Origin: an uncultured Methanoregulaceae archaeon | GTDB lineage: Archaea > Halobacteriota > Methanomicrobia > Methanomicrobiales > Methanospirillaceae | Assembly: GCA_963701095.1 (NCBI GenBank) | Contig: OY969564.1 | Location: 32,001-96,000, forward strand | DNA: 64,000 bases | Reading direction: 5' to 3' | Shown: one piece after another, positions 10,461 to 20,855 of the stretch | Layout of the letters: each line of letters begins with the position of its first letter | How positions within the stretch are numbered: the stretch's first letter is position 1 | The notes under the pieces: generated by a model | What the model was told of the DNA's origin: nothing | Database searches by the model: none | What the model saw: only the letters and a program-made list of their open reading frames with translations | Position numbers and translations under genes: made by a program

Positions 10461-13139
10461 TTATTGTTTTCCGGTAAACCGGAATGATCCGGTCGGTACT
10501 GCCATCTCAAATCGTGCTCCTGCTCCGGGCTCTCCTGTTTCCCGGATCGTGATTCCGGTAAGGGAGAGGATTTCCCGGGCAAGGAAAAGACCGAGGCCGG
10601 TATTCTTCCCAAAACCACGATCGAATATCTTTTCCTTATACTCCTGGAGAACACCGACTCCGTCATCTTCACAGACAATAATCTCGTTTCCATTCTTCTC
10701 AGAAAGAGAGAACCGGATGGTGCTGATTTTTCCTCCATACCGGATCGCATTATCGACGAGATTGTAGATTACCTTGACAATTAACGGATCGGAAAAAACT
10801 TCTGCACCTGCGGGAATCTCGTTTTTTACCATGACATTTCCCAGCGACACCTGCCGTACTGCAGTTTCAGCAAGATTCCGTATGTCCTGCCATACAGGAT
10901 CTGTTTTCCGTACCGATTCGTATGCACTGGCAAACTGGATCATGGAGGAAATACGCGTGCTTACCTGAGAGATCCAGGTAAAATAATCCTCGACAGAAGG
11001 ATCCTTGACTTTTTCGTGAAGCAATTCAAGGAAACCATTCAATGCAAGAAGCTGGTTATTGATATCATGTCTGGTCACATGGGTGAGAAGAGCAAGGCTC
11101 CTATTAGCCTGCTGGAGCGCTTCTTCTGATCTACGGGATTCGGTTACGTCGCGGATAGCGCCGATTAATATTTCTTGTCCCTGGAAAGACATGACGTTTA
11201 CGGTAATTTCGACCGGGAAGACACTGCCGTCTTTTCTCTTATGATACCTGTCCCGTATAAATTTCGTCCTCTCTGCGATCGCGGAACGTGTAGCATCCGA
11301 CTCAGCGGAAAGGGCAGTTATAGGTAGTCCACGTAAGTCGTCAGTCAAATACCCATGCATGACTGCCAATGCATCGTTACAATCAATAATTTTCCCGGTT
11401 TTCTGGTCTATCAATGCAATACCGTCGGATTCAGCGGCAAATATACCCCTGAATTTCGCCTCACTTTCCATGAGAGCAGCTTCGATGCGTTTACGTTCCG
11501 TGATATCTGAACCGATGCTGAAGAGGCCGGTAAACTCACCGTTCTCATCAAACAGCGGTTTGTTGTACCACCGGATCCAGACACGCCTTCCGTAATGTGT
11601 TATATTCTCATTTTCATTGACAACGTAATTTTCAGGACGGCGGATAATATCCTCAATCATGTGAGCGAGACCCTTGTCCGATCCTGATTCACTGGCAGGA
11701 ACGATCGTTTCCATGACCGATCGTCCAATGATCTCATCACTGGAATAACCGAAGAACTCCAGGGCATATTCATTTGCGAAGGTAATTATGCCCGATTTAT
11801 CCCATTTTACGATTATACTGTTTGCGTTTTCGATCAATTCACGGTATTTTTCCTCGCTCTCCCGCAGCAATATTTCGGCCTGCTTCCTTCGGGTAATATC
11901 ACGGAGAATGACAAGTCCTGCGGGTTTACCCTGGTACCGGTAGGGTGCAATGGATGATTCGACGTTGATGGGGGTACCGTCAATTTTAAGGTATACTGAC
12001 TCACTAATGCCGCCAGGTTTCCCCTCTTTCATAACGTTCACTGCACGTTTGCGGATCTCTTCGTGATAAGAAGGATGGATCCGGTCGTAGAGTGATGTGT
12101 TCACAAGCTGATCTACAGATGTAGCACCCATGAGCCGGACCATCGCCGGATTAACATAGGCAAATGAATCACCGACAATAATATAAATGGCGTCAGGTGC
12201 CGCTTCGACAAGCTGTTGAAAATTCTCCTCGGTTTCCCGGATCAGGTTCTCTGTTCGTCCGAGCTCATCAAACTGGCTGCGCAGCTCTTCTTCGGAAGCA
12301 GCAATCTGCTCGTATGCGGCTCTCAGTTCAGTTTCAGCCCGTTTTTGTTCAGTTATGTCACGGATGGATTCAATTGCGCCTAAAATTTTTCCTTTATCAT
12401 CGAGAAGAAGGCTAGCTTTTGCCCAAAGATTGACATTTGTTCCATCAGGCCTCACAAAAGAGGTCTCCGCCATCAGCACCCTTCCACCGTGTATCGTATA
12501 GGTATAGTGTTCTTTCTCGAATACGGCATTCGGATCAAGGATGAGGTCAGCAAGCATCGGCCGGCGTTTTTGATATATTGTTAAAGCATGTTCGTAGTTA
12601 TTTTTTCCAAGAATTTCTGAAGGTCTGACCCCGGTCATTTCTTCCATCGCACGGTTCCACACAATAACCTTTCTCGATTTGTCAAGGACAAAGGTGGGGT
12701 CCGGCAGGAAATTGATGATATCGGTTTCACGGCGTTCATGTTCACGCAGCTGCGTCTCTGCCCATCTTTTCTGGACAGCGTGGCGGAGTTTGAATGCAAG
12801 CTCGGTAAACTGGGAAACGGGCTCGCCACCTTTCTGGAGATAGAAATCGGCACCTTCATTGAGTGCCTGAATGACGATCTCTTCCCTTCCTCTTCCGGTA
12901 AAAAGGATAAAGGGAATCGTTTTTCCTGAACTACGGACTTTTTTCAGGAATTCAATTCCATCAATCTCAGGCATCTGGTAATCGGAAACGATAGCGTCAT
13001 AGTTTTTTGTTGCCATCAGCACCAGTGCATCCCGTGCTGAGCTAATGATATCAACAGAAAACTGACCGCCCCGCTCAAGAAAAAGTTTTCCGATTTCAAG
13101 CATGGCCGATTCATCATCGACGTAGAGGATGGAAATCAT
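10461..13139 (-). CDS. Hybrid REC - multi-PAS - histidine kinase
   Basis: ILYVDD..SDYQMP..FTGRG receiver; about four PAS/PAC repeats; RHDINNQL H-box, NLVDNA, DDGVG, GLGLF. Confidence 0.92.
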   Translation of the reverse strand: MISILYVDDESAMLEIGKLFLERGGQFSVDIISSARDALVLMATKNYDAIVSDYQMPEIDGIEFLKKVRSSGKTIPFILFTGRGREEIVIQALNEGADFYLQKGGEPVSQFTELAFKLRHAVQKRWAETQLREHERRETDIINFLPDPTFVLDKSRKVIVWNRAMEEMTGVRPSEILGKNNYEHALTIYQKRRPMLADLILDPNAVFEKEHYTYTIHGGRVLMAETSFVRPDGTNVNLWAKASLLLDDKGKILGAIESIRDITEQKRAETELRAAYEQIAASEEELRSQFDELGRTENLIRETEENFQQLVEAAPDAIYIIVGDSFAYVNPAMVRLMGATSVDQLVNTSLYDRIHPSYHEEIRKRAVNVMKEGKPGGISESVYLKIDGTPINVESSIAPYRYQGKPAGLVILRDITRRKQAEILLRESEEKYRELIENANSIIVKWDKSGIITFANEYALEFFGYSSDEIIGRSVMETIVPASESGSDKGLAHMIEDIIRRPENYVVNENENITHYGRRVWIRWYNKPLFDENGEFTGLFSIGSDITERKRIEAALMESEAKFRGIFAAESDGIALIDQKTGKIIDCNDALAVMHGYLTDDLRGLPITALSAESDATRSAIAERTKFIRDRYHKRKDGSVFPVEITVNVMSFQGQEILIGAIRDVTESRRSEEALQQANRSLALLTHVTRHDINNQLLALNGFLELLHEKVKDPSVEDYFTWISQVSTRISSMIQFASAYESVRKTDPVWQDIRNLAETAVRQVSLGNVMVKNEIPAGAEVFSDPLIVKVIYNLVDNAIRYGGKISTIRFSLSEKNGNEIIVCEDDGVGVLQEYKEKIFDRGFGKNTGLGLFLAREILSLTGITIRETGEPGAGARFEMAVPTGSFRFTGKQ

Positions 13140-13309
13140 ATCTGTCCAGGGTCCGGCGCGATTACCATTATAAATCTTGTTTATCAGGTGAAAACACTTG
13201 GTATTTCCATTTTAAGACAGAACATGATAACAGTTACCCAAGCAAAAGGGATACCAAAAAGGACGGGGATGAAAAAAATCATATCCCTGTTACCCAAAAA
13301 AATCAGGTG

Positions 13310-13822
13310 TTATTTTTTGGATTTCTTGATGATGGTAAGATCTCCGAGCGTCTGGGTAATCTTTGCCTGGGTCTTTTTCTCCGCATCCGCTGAAACAACA
13401 TCGATAAGCTTGATGCCAAGGACTTTTTCAAGTTTTTTCCTGACTTCCTCTTCAGGGATAAGCTCTCCTTTCTCGATCTTTTTAATAAGCAGTTCCCGTA
13501 CCATCATGTGGAGGGCAAGATCTTTCATGGACAGGCCTTTTTCCATTCGTGCCTTCTTTACCCGGTCGGCATAATCCTCAACAATCTCACCTTCCATGAA
13601 ATCGAACATATCTCGTTTCCGTTGTGCGGGCATTGTTATCGCTGCCGGAGCCCTCGCGTTCTGCGCAGGCCGGCCAGCCGTCCGCTGTATATCTGTTCGC
13701 CGGACTTGTTGCACTTCGGTACCAAACTTTCCGCACCGGCTGCAGACCTGCAACTCCGCGCCTTCCACGCGGATCAATTTCGGGATGCCGCGAATTGATT
13801 CTCCACACATTTCGCACTGCAT
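13310..13822 (-). CDS. Archaeal multiprotein bridging factor aMBF1
   Basis: MQCEMCG..VEGAEL.VC..C Zn ribbon, HTH, C-terminal TLGD. Confidence 0.9.
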   Translation of the reverse strand: MQCEMCGESIRGIPKLIRVEGAELQVCSRCGKFGTEVQQVRRTDIQRTAGRPAQNARAPAAITMPAQRKRDMFDFMEGEIVEDYADRVKKARMEKGLSMKDLALHMMVRELLIKKIEKGELIPEEEVRKKLEKVLGIKLIDVVSADAEKKTQAKITQTLGDLTIIKKSKK

Positions 13823-13877
13823 AATCTCACAAACACTTTATATGACGATTTCCCTATATAACTACTTGAGGAACGTG

Positions 13878-15188
13878 ATGGGCGATATTCTCCGTGAAAC
13901 TGCGGAACAGCAGACTCCAGAGGAACTGTGCCGGCTGTATAGAACCCTCACTGAACAGCTGCGTGACCAGCTTCAGAGGATCGAGACCGACAAACAGGAT
14001 CTCGAAACCCATTTGCTGGAACGGGTGACTAATCTTGAATCACGCAACCTGGAGCTCCGCGAGCAGATCCGGCAGAGTGAAGCGGACCGGCGGTATATCG
14101 AGACCCAGAAGATCCGGTTCGAACGGGAAGTTAGAAAACTCAAAAGCGAAAGTGAGCAGCTCAGAAGCCCGCCGCTTATTATCGGAACCATAGTTGACGT
14201 AGTCGATACAACCCGGGTCATTGTAAGGAGTAGTGCCGGACCACGGTTTCTGGTGCGTAGCTCTCCCAGCATTAACCCTGAAGATTTAAAAGCCGGTGCA
14301 CGGTGCACACTTAACCAGCAGTCTCTTGCCATCGTGGAACTACTGCCAAGTTCTTTTGATGCACAGGTCTACGGCATGGAACTGGTGGATTCGCCGCAGG
14401 AAACGTATTCTGATATTGGTGGACTAAAAGATCAGATAAACGAGATTCGTGAGGCAGTAGAGCTTCCGCTTAAACGACCCGAACTCTTCACAAGGATAGG
14501 TATCGAACCTCCTAAAGGTGTCCTGCTTCACGGTCCGCCGGGAACGGGAAAAACTCTGCTTGCAAAAGCGGTTGCCCATGAGACAAATGCGCATTTTATG
14601 CGGGTTGTAGGAAGCGAACTGGTACAGAAATATATAGGTGAAGGAGCCCGCCTTGTTCGTGAGCTATTTGACCTGGCAAAAAAGAAGTCGCCAACCATTA
14701 TATTCATCGATGAGATTGATGCAGTGGGCGCCTCACGTACAGAAGCAAATACTTCGGGTGACCGCGAAGTACAGCGGACTCTCATGCAACTTCTCGCGGG
14801 CATGGACGGCTTTGAGAACCGGGGCGACGTAAAGATCATAGCGGCAACCAACAGGATCGATATTCTAGATAAGGCACTTCTTAGGCCAGGAAGGTTCGAT
14901 AGGATCATCGAGATCCCGTTACCTGATGAAGAAGGCCGGCTTTCCATCCTTAAAGTTCACAGCCGGACCCTCACGATAGACGAGACGGTCAATCTTTCCG
15001 AAGTTGCCAGCCTGACCGAAGGAAAAAATGGTGCTGATCTCCGTGCGGTTTGCATGGAAGCCGGTATGTACGCTATCAGGAATGAGCGTGCCGCGATCAC
15101 CCGCGAAGATTTCCTTCAGGCAATCGAAAAAGTCCGCCTCGATTTCAACAGTACCCTTCACGATGTTGAAGGACGGATGTTTGCATAA
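13878..15188 (+). CDS. pan: Proteasome-activating nucleotidase, paralog 1
   Basis: Coiled coil and OB domain (LRSPPL), [25 protein letters not shown]-terminal MFA. Confidence 0.93.
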   Translation: MGDILRETAEQQTPEELCRLYRTLTEQLRDQLQRIETDKQDLETHLLERVTNLESRNLELREQIRQSEADRRYIETQKIRFEREVRKLKSESEQLRSPPLIIGTIVDVVDTTRVIVRSSAGPRFLVRSSPSINPEDLKAGARCTLNQQSLAIVELLPSSFDAQVYGMELVDSPQETYSDIGGLKDQINEIREAVELPLKRPELFTRIGIEPPKGVLLHGPPGTGKTLLAKAVAHETNAHFMRVVGSELVQKYIGEGARLVRELFDLAKKKSPTIIFIDEIDAVGASRTEANTSGDREVQRTLMQLLAGMDGFENRGDVKIIAATNRIDILDKALLRPGRFDRIIEIPLPDEEGRLSILKVHSRTLTIDETVNLSEVASLTEGKNGADLRAVCMEAGMYAIRNERAAITREDFLQAIEKVRLDFNSTLHDVEGRMFA

Positions 15189-15243
15189 TTTTTTCTTAGC
15201 CGGATAAATAGTCTTAAATTGTCCGGCATTTTTTTTGCGGATC

Positions 15244-16080
15244 TTAAAAATGGATTAAAAGTTCACAAAAAGGGGGTTGAAAATTACATTTCGGGTGCGG
15301 GGAAACCTGGTGCTGTTCTCCCAGCTCGTATATGAGAGTGAAATACCGAGCTACGAAGATCGTAAAGAACGGGTTTACTACAAGGATAAAAATCCAGCCG
15401 ATATAAGGAATGAAAGCAATTACCATAACGACGACAAAATAGATAGCAGCAGCCACGGCAAAAAGAACCAGTGCAATGATATAATTCCCCCATCCGATCG
15501 TCCGAATCTGGGTGAGGATCTGGGAAAAATTGATTCCCTCGCTGATGCTGTTTGTCCGGGCAAACCGGATCACACCGAGAATTCCAAATAGTAGGGCAAT
15601 TATGATAAGGATTGATCCCGCTATCAGGAGAAGAGACAAGAGTAGGAGAAAAGACAGGTTAGACCCAGAAGTATCAGTAAAAGAAACCAAGAATTCTGCA
15701 CTTGTCAAGACGGTAATTACAATACCCGGCATAAACCAGAGAATCCATACAATATCGAGCTTGATACCATCAATAAAGAGATTTGTCCACCCGGTGAAGT
15801 CAGGAGCCGGTTTTACACCCCGGTATATCCGGACAATATAACCTGTGATGAAGAACGATAAAAGTAAACCAACCCCACACAGGATCGCGATCTGACTCCA
15901 GGGTATGGCACTCCAGTTGATACCTCCTGTACTGGCAACAAATGTTTTGGGATTGATGACGAACCGGATAAGAGATGCCGGGAGGGCAAATACAATGAAG
16001 ATAGCCCAACGCAGCCATTTTCCCATAAGAGCTTCCAGCGAATATGTCACTGAGTCTGTAAGTACTGCCGAAAAATCCAT
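15244..16080 (-). CDS. DUF4013-like membrane protein
   Basis: GYIVRIYRG...PDF..W..LFIDGIK, GVIRFART, IGWGNYI motifs. Confidence 0.75.
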   Translation of the reverse strand: MDFSAVLTDSVTYSLEALMGKWLRWAIFIVFALPASLIRFVINPKTFVASTGGINWSAIPWSQIAILCGVGLLLSFFITGYIVRIYRGVKPAPDFTGWTNLFIDGIKLDIVWILWFMPGIVITVLTSAEFLVSFTDTSGSNLSFLLLLSLLLIAGSILIIIALLFGILGVIRFARTNSISEGINFSQILTQIRTIGWGNYIIALVLFAVAAAIYFVVVMVIAFIPYIGWIFILVVNPFFTIFVARYFTLIYELGEQHQVSPHPKCNFQPPFCELLIHF

Positions 16081-16283
16081 TGAAATCTTTGGATTGTTTT
16101 AAAATTTCGATATATAAACCGTCCGTATTTCATCTTCGGTTGTTTAGACGATCCAGAAAATAATTTTTTCATTAGAACATATCCAGACCTTGTTGAGTAC
16201 GTCTTTCCCTCTTTCTATAACCGCGATCTTTTTCTCGTCATACGTAGACTTTTACGGAGTTATTATCCGCTAAGTGAGGGAAT

Positions 16284-16955
16284 ATGAGCGATCCAGAACC
16301 TAAAGATGAAATCACTTTGAACAGTGCCGATCCTGTTGATGAGACCGCAACTGTGCCGGAGCCTTCGGGAGATAAAGAAAAGACACCTGCAGAACCGAAC
16401 GATGTAAAAAAAGAAAAAGGGGGCCAGAATAGACAAAAAATGCTCCTTATTGCTGCCGGTATTGTTATAATTATCGCCCTTGTGGCGATAGGCGCCTATG
16501 TCCTCTCTCTCCCTCCTGTCGCTACAAACGGGGATACGGTATTTGTGTATTATAACGAATCTTTTGAAAATGGGACGATAATTTCTACAAATATGAATAC
16601 CACGGATCCCCTTGTGTTTACCCTTGGTAATTCCAGCTACATCGCCGGTTTTCAGGATGCTGTAATCGGAATGTCAGAAAACGAAGTGAAAACCGTTGAT
16701 ATTCCGTTCACGAAGGCCTATGGGGCGTACGATCCCGGGCTTATCCAGATGATAAACCGTACTGGGCCGATTGCAAATAAAACCTTTATTCCCGGTCATT
16801 ATTACACGGTATACTACAAACCGGCAAACTCTTACAGCCTTGTAAAAGTGCTCAATGTCACGCCGACAACCATAACCTGGGATGCAAACAACCCACTTGT
16901 CGGGTATAACCTTACGTACACCATAAAACTTGCTAATGTCCTAAAGCCGTCATAG
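16284..16955 (+). CDS. Membrane-anchored FKBP-type (SlyD-like) peptidyl-prolyl isomerase
   Basis: Single TM helix, then GDTV.V.Y, PL.FTLG...I.GF..A..GM, AYG.YD, DANNPLVG..L.Y.IK. Confidence 0.8.
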   Translation: MSDPEPKDEITLNSADPVDETATVPEPSGDKEKTPAEPNDVKKEKGGQNRQKMLLIAAGIVIIIALVAIGAYVLSLPPVATNGDTVFVYYNESFENGTIISTNMNTTDPLVFTLGNSSYIAGFQDAVIGMSENEVKTVDIPFTKAYGAYDPGLIQMINRTGPIANKTFIPGHYYTVYYKPANSYSLVKVLNVTPTTITWDANNPLVGYNLTYTIKLANVLKPS

Positions 16956-17023
16956 TTGGCAATTCAATTTCTCTTTTTATTCAAAAAATTTTAAAAATTG
17001 TGTTGGTCTTTCGATCTTTTCCA

Positions 17024-17527
17024 TCATGGGCCCGGCCCTTCGGCGGGGTTTTCTCCAGCCGCTTCAGGTGTGATCAGTTCCCCGATATCCTCCACTTCGT
17101 CCTCGTTGCACCATACTTCGATTATGGTTTCAGAACCACCAAGTTGAGTTGCATAATCCTGTATTGTAGATCCCTGTGCCATTATGAGCCTCCGGGTTGG
17201 TTTTCCGGAAGATAATCCATAAATCCGCCGGGACGCCCATGGTTTTGTGAGAATTGCCGTGCGCTCATAGTAAATGTCCTGCGCAAGGTCGTGGGTGCAG
17301 AAGATCCCGTCTTCGACTTCAAAAAGGGTTTCCCTCACATAACGCCGGAGATACCAGCGCAGTTCCGAAATGAGGGACAAGGCGCTTCCCAGGGACGCGA
17401 CCGAGATCGTGACGCCATAGGATACTTTTTTCGGATGGTAAAACCGGAGTGCAAGCCGGCTTGTCTCTGATGAAAAAAGGGTATGATGGAGATCGGTCCC
17501 TTCCCGTTGGATCAAAAGAATATTCAT
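17024..17527 (-). CDS. Conserved archaeal protein (DUF5804-like)
   Basis: DL..TL.SSETSR.ALRFY and SLGSALSL.SELRWY.RRY motifs. Confidence 0.65.
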   Translation of the reverse strand: MNILLIQREGTDLHHTLFSSETSRLALRFYHPKKVSYGVTISVASLGSALSLISELRWYLRRYVRETLFEVEDGIFCTHDLAQDIYYERTAILTKPWASRRIYGLSSGKPTRRLIMAQGSTIQDYATQLGGSETIIEVWCNEDEVEDIGELITPEAAGENPAEGPGP

Positions 17528-17574
17528 CCGGGCTCTCCGTGCAGTATCGTGAACAGCCCACCAATGCGACGGGT

Positions 17575-18735
17575 TCAGGTATACATGCGGGTGTCAATGG
17601 TCGTATCTGCCCTGACTTTCTTTACGGCTTCTGTAAAATCCTTCATCTCAACAGCCGGGGCATCACGGCGTACCGCCATCATCCCTGCCTCACGGCAGAT
17701 GGCCTGAAGTTCAGCCCCGGTCGCTCCTTCGGTCATGCCAGCAATAACTTCGATATTGATATCTGAGAGATGCATCTTGTTTGAATGGATTTTGAGAATT
17801 TCAAGCCGTGCCAGACAGTCGGGTAACGGAATCTTGATCAGGCGGTCAAACCTGCCAGGCCGAAGAAGGGCGGGATCAAGCATGTCAACCCGGTTTGTTG
17901 CAGCCATAATCCGTATCTCTCCCCGGTTATCAAAGCCATCCATCTCCGCAAGGAGCTGCATGAGCGTCCTCTGGACTTCCGCACTCCCACTTGTTCCGTC
18001 ATTGGTCCGCATGCTTCCGACAGCATCAATTTCGTCAATAAACACAATAGCCGGCGCCCGTTCGCGGGCAAGCGTGAAAAGCTCGCGGACAAGTCCTGCC
18101 CCCTCACCGATAAACTTGTGAACGAGCTCGCTTCCTGACATCCGTATAAACGTGGCTTTTGCTTCATGAGCGACCGCTTTTGCGATCAGGGTTTTTCCCG
18201 TTCCCGGGGGGCCGTAAAGCAGGATACCTTTCGGCGGTTCCACGCCGATCCTCCGGAATATCTCGGGTTTTGTAAGCGGATATTCCACCGCTTCCCTCAC
18301 TTCTTTGATCTCATCGGTCAGCCCGCCAATCTGGGCATAGCTGATCGTTGGTGACTCTTCAAGTTCCATGACCCGGACACGGGAATCATACACATTTCCA
18401 ATCACTTTGACAATGGAAAGCGCATTGTTCACCGCAACTTTTGTCCCGGGTTTCAACAGGGGCCGGAGCTCTTCAGATGCATGGGTCAGGTATTCCTGGT
18501 TATTACCCTGCTGGCGGAGATAGATCTCATTATTCTCCAGAATATCGATAATGACCGCGACAAACAACGGCATGCGCTTGAGCTGGTTATTTTCGCGTTT
18601 CAGCTGCGCGTTTTCTTTCTGGAGATCTTCGGCTCTGACCTTCTGTTCAAGGAGCGCCGCCTCGAGCTCATTTATCTGGATCTGGTATTTGAGTTCGTTT
18701 TGGGCCGGCGGGTTATCGACCGAGGTCTCTTCCAT
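17575..18735 (-). CDS. pan: Proteasome-activating nucleotidase, paralog 2
   Basis: Coiled coil, [25 protein letters not shown]-terminal HbYX motif MYT. Confidence 0.92.
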   Translation of the reverse strand: MEETSVDNPPAQNELKYQIQINELEAALLEQKVRAEDLQKENAQLKRENNQLKRMPLFVAVIIDILENNEIYLRQQGNNQEYLTHASEELRPLLKPGTKVAVNNALSIVKVIGNVYDSRVRVMELEESPTISYAQIGGLTDEIKEVREAVEYPLTKPEIFRRIGVEPPKGILLYGPPGTGKTLIAKAVAHEAKATFIRMSGSELVHKFIGEGAGLVRELFTLARERAPAIVFIDEIDAVGSMRTNDGTSGSAEVQRTLMQLLAEMDGFDNRGEIRIMAATNRVDMLDPALLRPGRFDRLIKIPLPDCLARLEILKIHSNKMHLSDINIEVIAGMTEGATGAELQAICREAGMMAVRRDAPAVEMKDFTEAVKKVRADTTIDTRMYT

Positions 18736-18773
18736 ATTACTCTTATATCTTTATCTTCAACCATTTATGTGGT

Positions 18774-19187
18774 GTGATTTTGATAATAACCGGTCGCAGC
18801 ATTTCCGGGGGAAGAGGTTCAGGCAAGCTTCTGATAAGTCCGGAGCCGATATCATTCCTGTCAGGCGTCGATCCCGAAACCGGCGTAATTGTGGAGAAGG
18901 GCCACCCGCTTGAAGGTACCTCAGTTGCCGGGACAGTACTTGCTTTTCCATACGGTAAAGGTTCAACAGTGGGATCTTACGTAATATACGCTCTTTCAAG
19001 GAACGGCCACGCCCCGGCTGCCATTGTCAACATGGAAGCAGAATCCATCATCGCTACCGGGGCTATTATCGGTAATATTCCGATGATAGATCACCCTGAT
19101 GTTCCCCTTTCCCGTTTGAAGACCAGGACGCGCGTGAAAGTGGATGGTGACTGCGGGACAATGGAATACGAAGGATCCCTGGAATAA
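18774..19187 (+). CDS. DUF126 / aconitase X small subunit (phosphomevalonate dehydratase small subunit)
   Basis: ISFLSGVDPETG, GKGSTVGSY, APAAI motifs. Confidence 0.85.
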   Translation: MILIITGRSISGGRGSGKLLISPEPISFLSGVDPETGVIVEKGHPLEGTSVAGTVLAFPYGKGSTVGSYVIYALSRNGHAPAAIVNMEAESIIATGAIIGNIPMIDHPDVPLSRLKTRTRVKVDGDCGTMEYEGSLE

Positions 19188-19195
19188 GAAACCCG

Positions 19196-20855
19196 TTACC
19201 GGAAACCTGTACCCGATTTTATCGAAGTTACCGGGATACCAGGAATATTTTCCTCTTCCTTCTGACTATCGCAGGGGTTGGAGGTTATTACTTCTATTTT
19301 CAGGCGTTTCTGGAAGACTCTTTCGAAGGTCCTTTGCTCGGCCTCTGCTCCCCAGATCTCGAGCTGGCAGTCGTTTTCTGCTACGATATTAAGGAAAACC
19401 TCGTTTTTTTCTGCCCGGACAAACTCAGCATGCTGGACAAAGCCTGCATGGCTTCGGTCAAGACTCTCGCTTAACCTGATAAACATGGCAAGGACCAGTA
19501 CGGTCCGCTGATCATTATCAGCTGAGTTCCGGTAGATCGAGATGTTTTTTTCGCGGTTTCTTTTTGCGGTGGAACTTGGCGATATTAGCCATGATATCGA
19601 TCTCTTTCTGGTCAAAACCGAGGAGTTCGGAATTTTTGATAATGTAGTAGGAGTGGGCATGGTGATTGGTATAAGATATAAACGAACCGATGTCATGCAG
19701 GAACGCGGCATACTCAAGCAGTTCACGTTCCCAATCCCCATAAGAATGCAGGCGGACATCTTTTGCCGAATCAAATATTTCAAGTGCAAGCCGGGTAACG
19801 TTCCGGGCATGGGCTTCGTTAATCCCGCAGGATCTTCCCAGTTGAAGAACGCTCCTTTCACGGGGAGATAATGTGCCAAAAAGAGGGAAGTTTTCCATGC
19901 GGGAGAGATAATCCATTAAAAGACCATCCTGTAATCCGCGGCTCGTTGTGGTTATCGATTCAATCCCGATTTCCTTCATGAAGGTCTCAAGGATTATCCC
20001 TCCGGCAATGATGATATCGGCCCGTTCAGGATTGATCCCGGGAATCTGGCGGCGCTCCTCAAGAGGGAGTGCACACAAAAGATCAATTGTTTTTTTGAGA
20101 TCGCGGTAGGTTAATACTCCGGCGGGAGCATTTTGTTCGATATGATGAGTTCGCTCGACAATATCTGCGAGGTTCATGATACTACCGGAACTACCGATGG
20201 CAAGATCTATTTTCTGAAGTTTGATTTTCTGGATCGTGTGGATAATGGCGTTTCTTACATATTGCTGGACGATCCTGTACTGGTCGGGCCGTACTGGTCC
20301 TGACGGTGATTCTGAGAAAAACATGTTCGTCAGCCGGATAGCGCCAAGCCTGAAACTTTCCAGTTCCTGGAACTGGTGCTGTCCCCCCACCGATATTTCG
20401 GTGCTTCCGCCACCGATATCGATAAAAAAAGCCTGTCGGTCGCCAAGGTGCATCCCACTTGCGACACCAAGATAGATCAACCGTGCCTCTTCAAGACCGG
20501 AGATGACCCTTACGTCGATCTGGGCTTCATGGCGCAACCGGTCAAGAAGCACGTTCTGGTTTGAAGCTTCCCTGGCCGCTGAAGTGGCAACCGCAACAAA
20601 TTCTTCGGCATTGAACGTTCTCGCAAGATCGGCAAATTTTCGGCACACAACGCAGGTCCGGTCGATAGCCTCCGGCGTGATCTCTTCTTCATCAAACTCA
20701 CCTTCGCCAAGCCTTACCTGCTGTTTCTGTCGTGTAAGGATACTGTAGGAATGGTTGGGATTAAGCCGGACCACAAGCATACGGACCGAATTTGTGCCGA
20801 TATCGATAAATGCAACAATACGTCCGGCAGCCCCGATCTTTCGTTTGGACTTCAC
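19196..20855 (-). CDS. ppx: Exopolyphosphatase Ppx/GppA with HD domain (frameshift near 19520)
   Basis: DIGTNS, ATSAAREA, DIGGGSTE, RADII, LHDIG; the RLSESLDRSH tail is in the adjacent frame. Confidence 0.9.

Noticed and set aside
13596..13877. N-terminal extension of PAN in the ORF track
   Set aside because: It is antisense to aMBF1 and spans the divergent promoter
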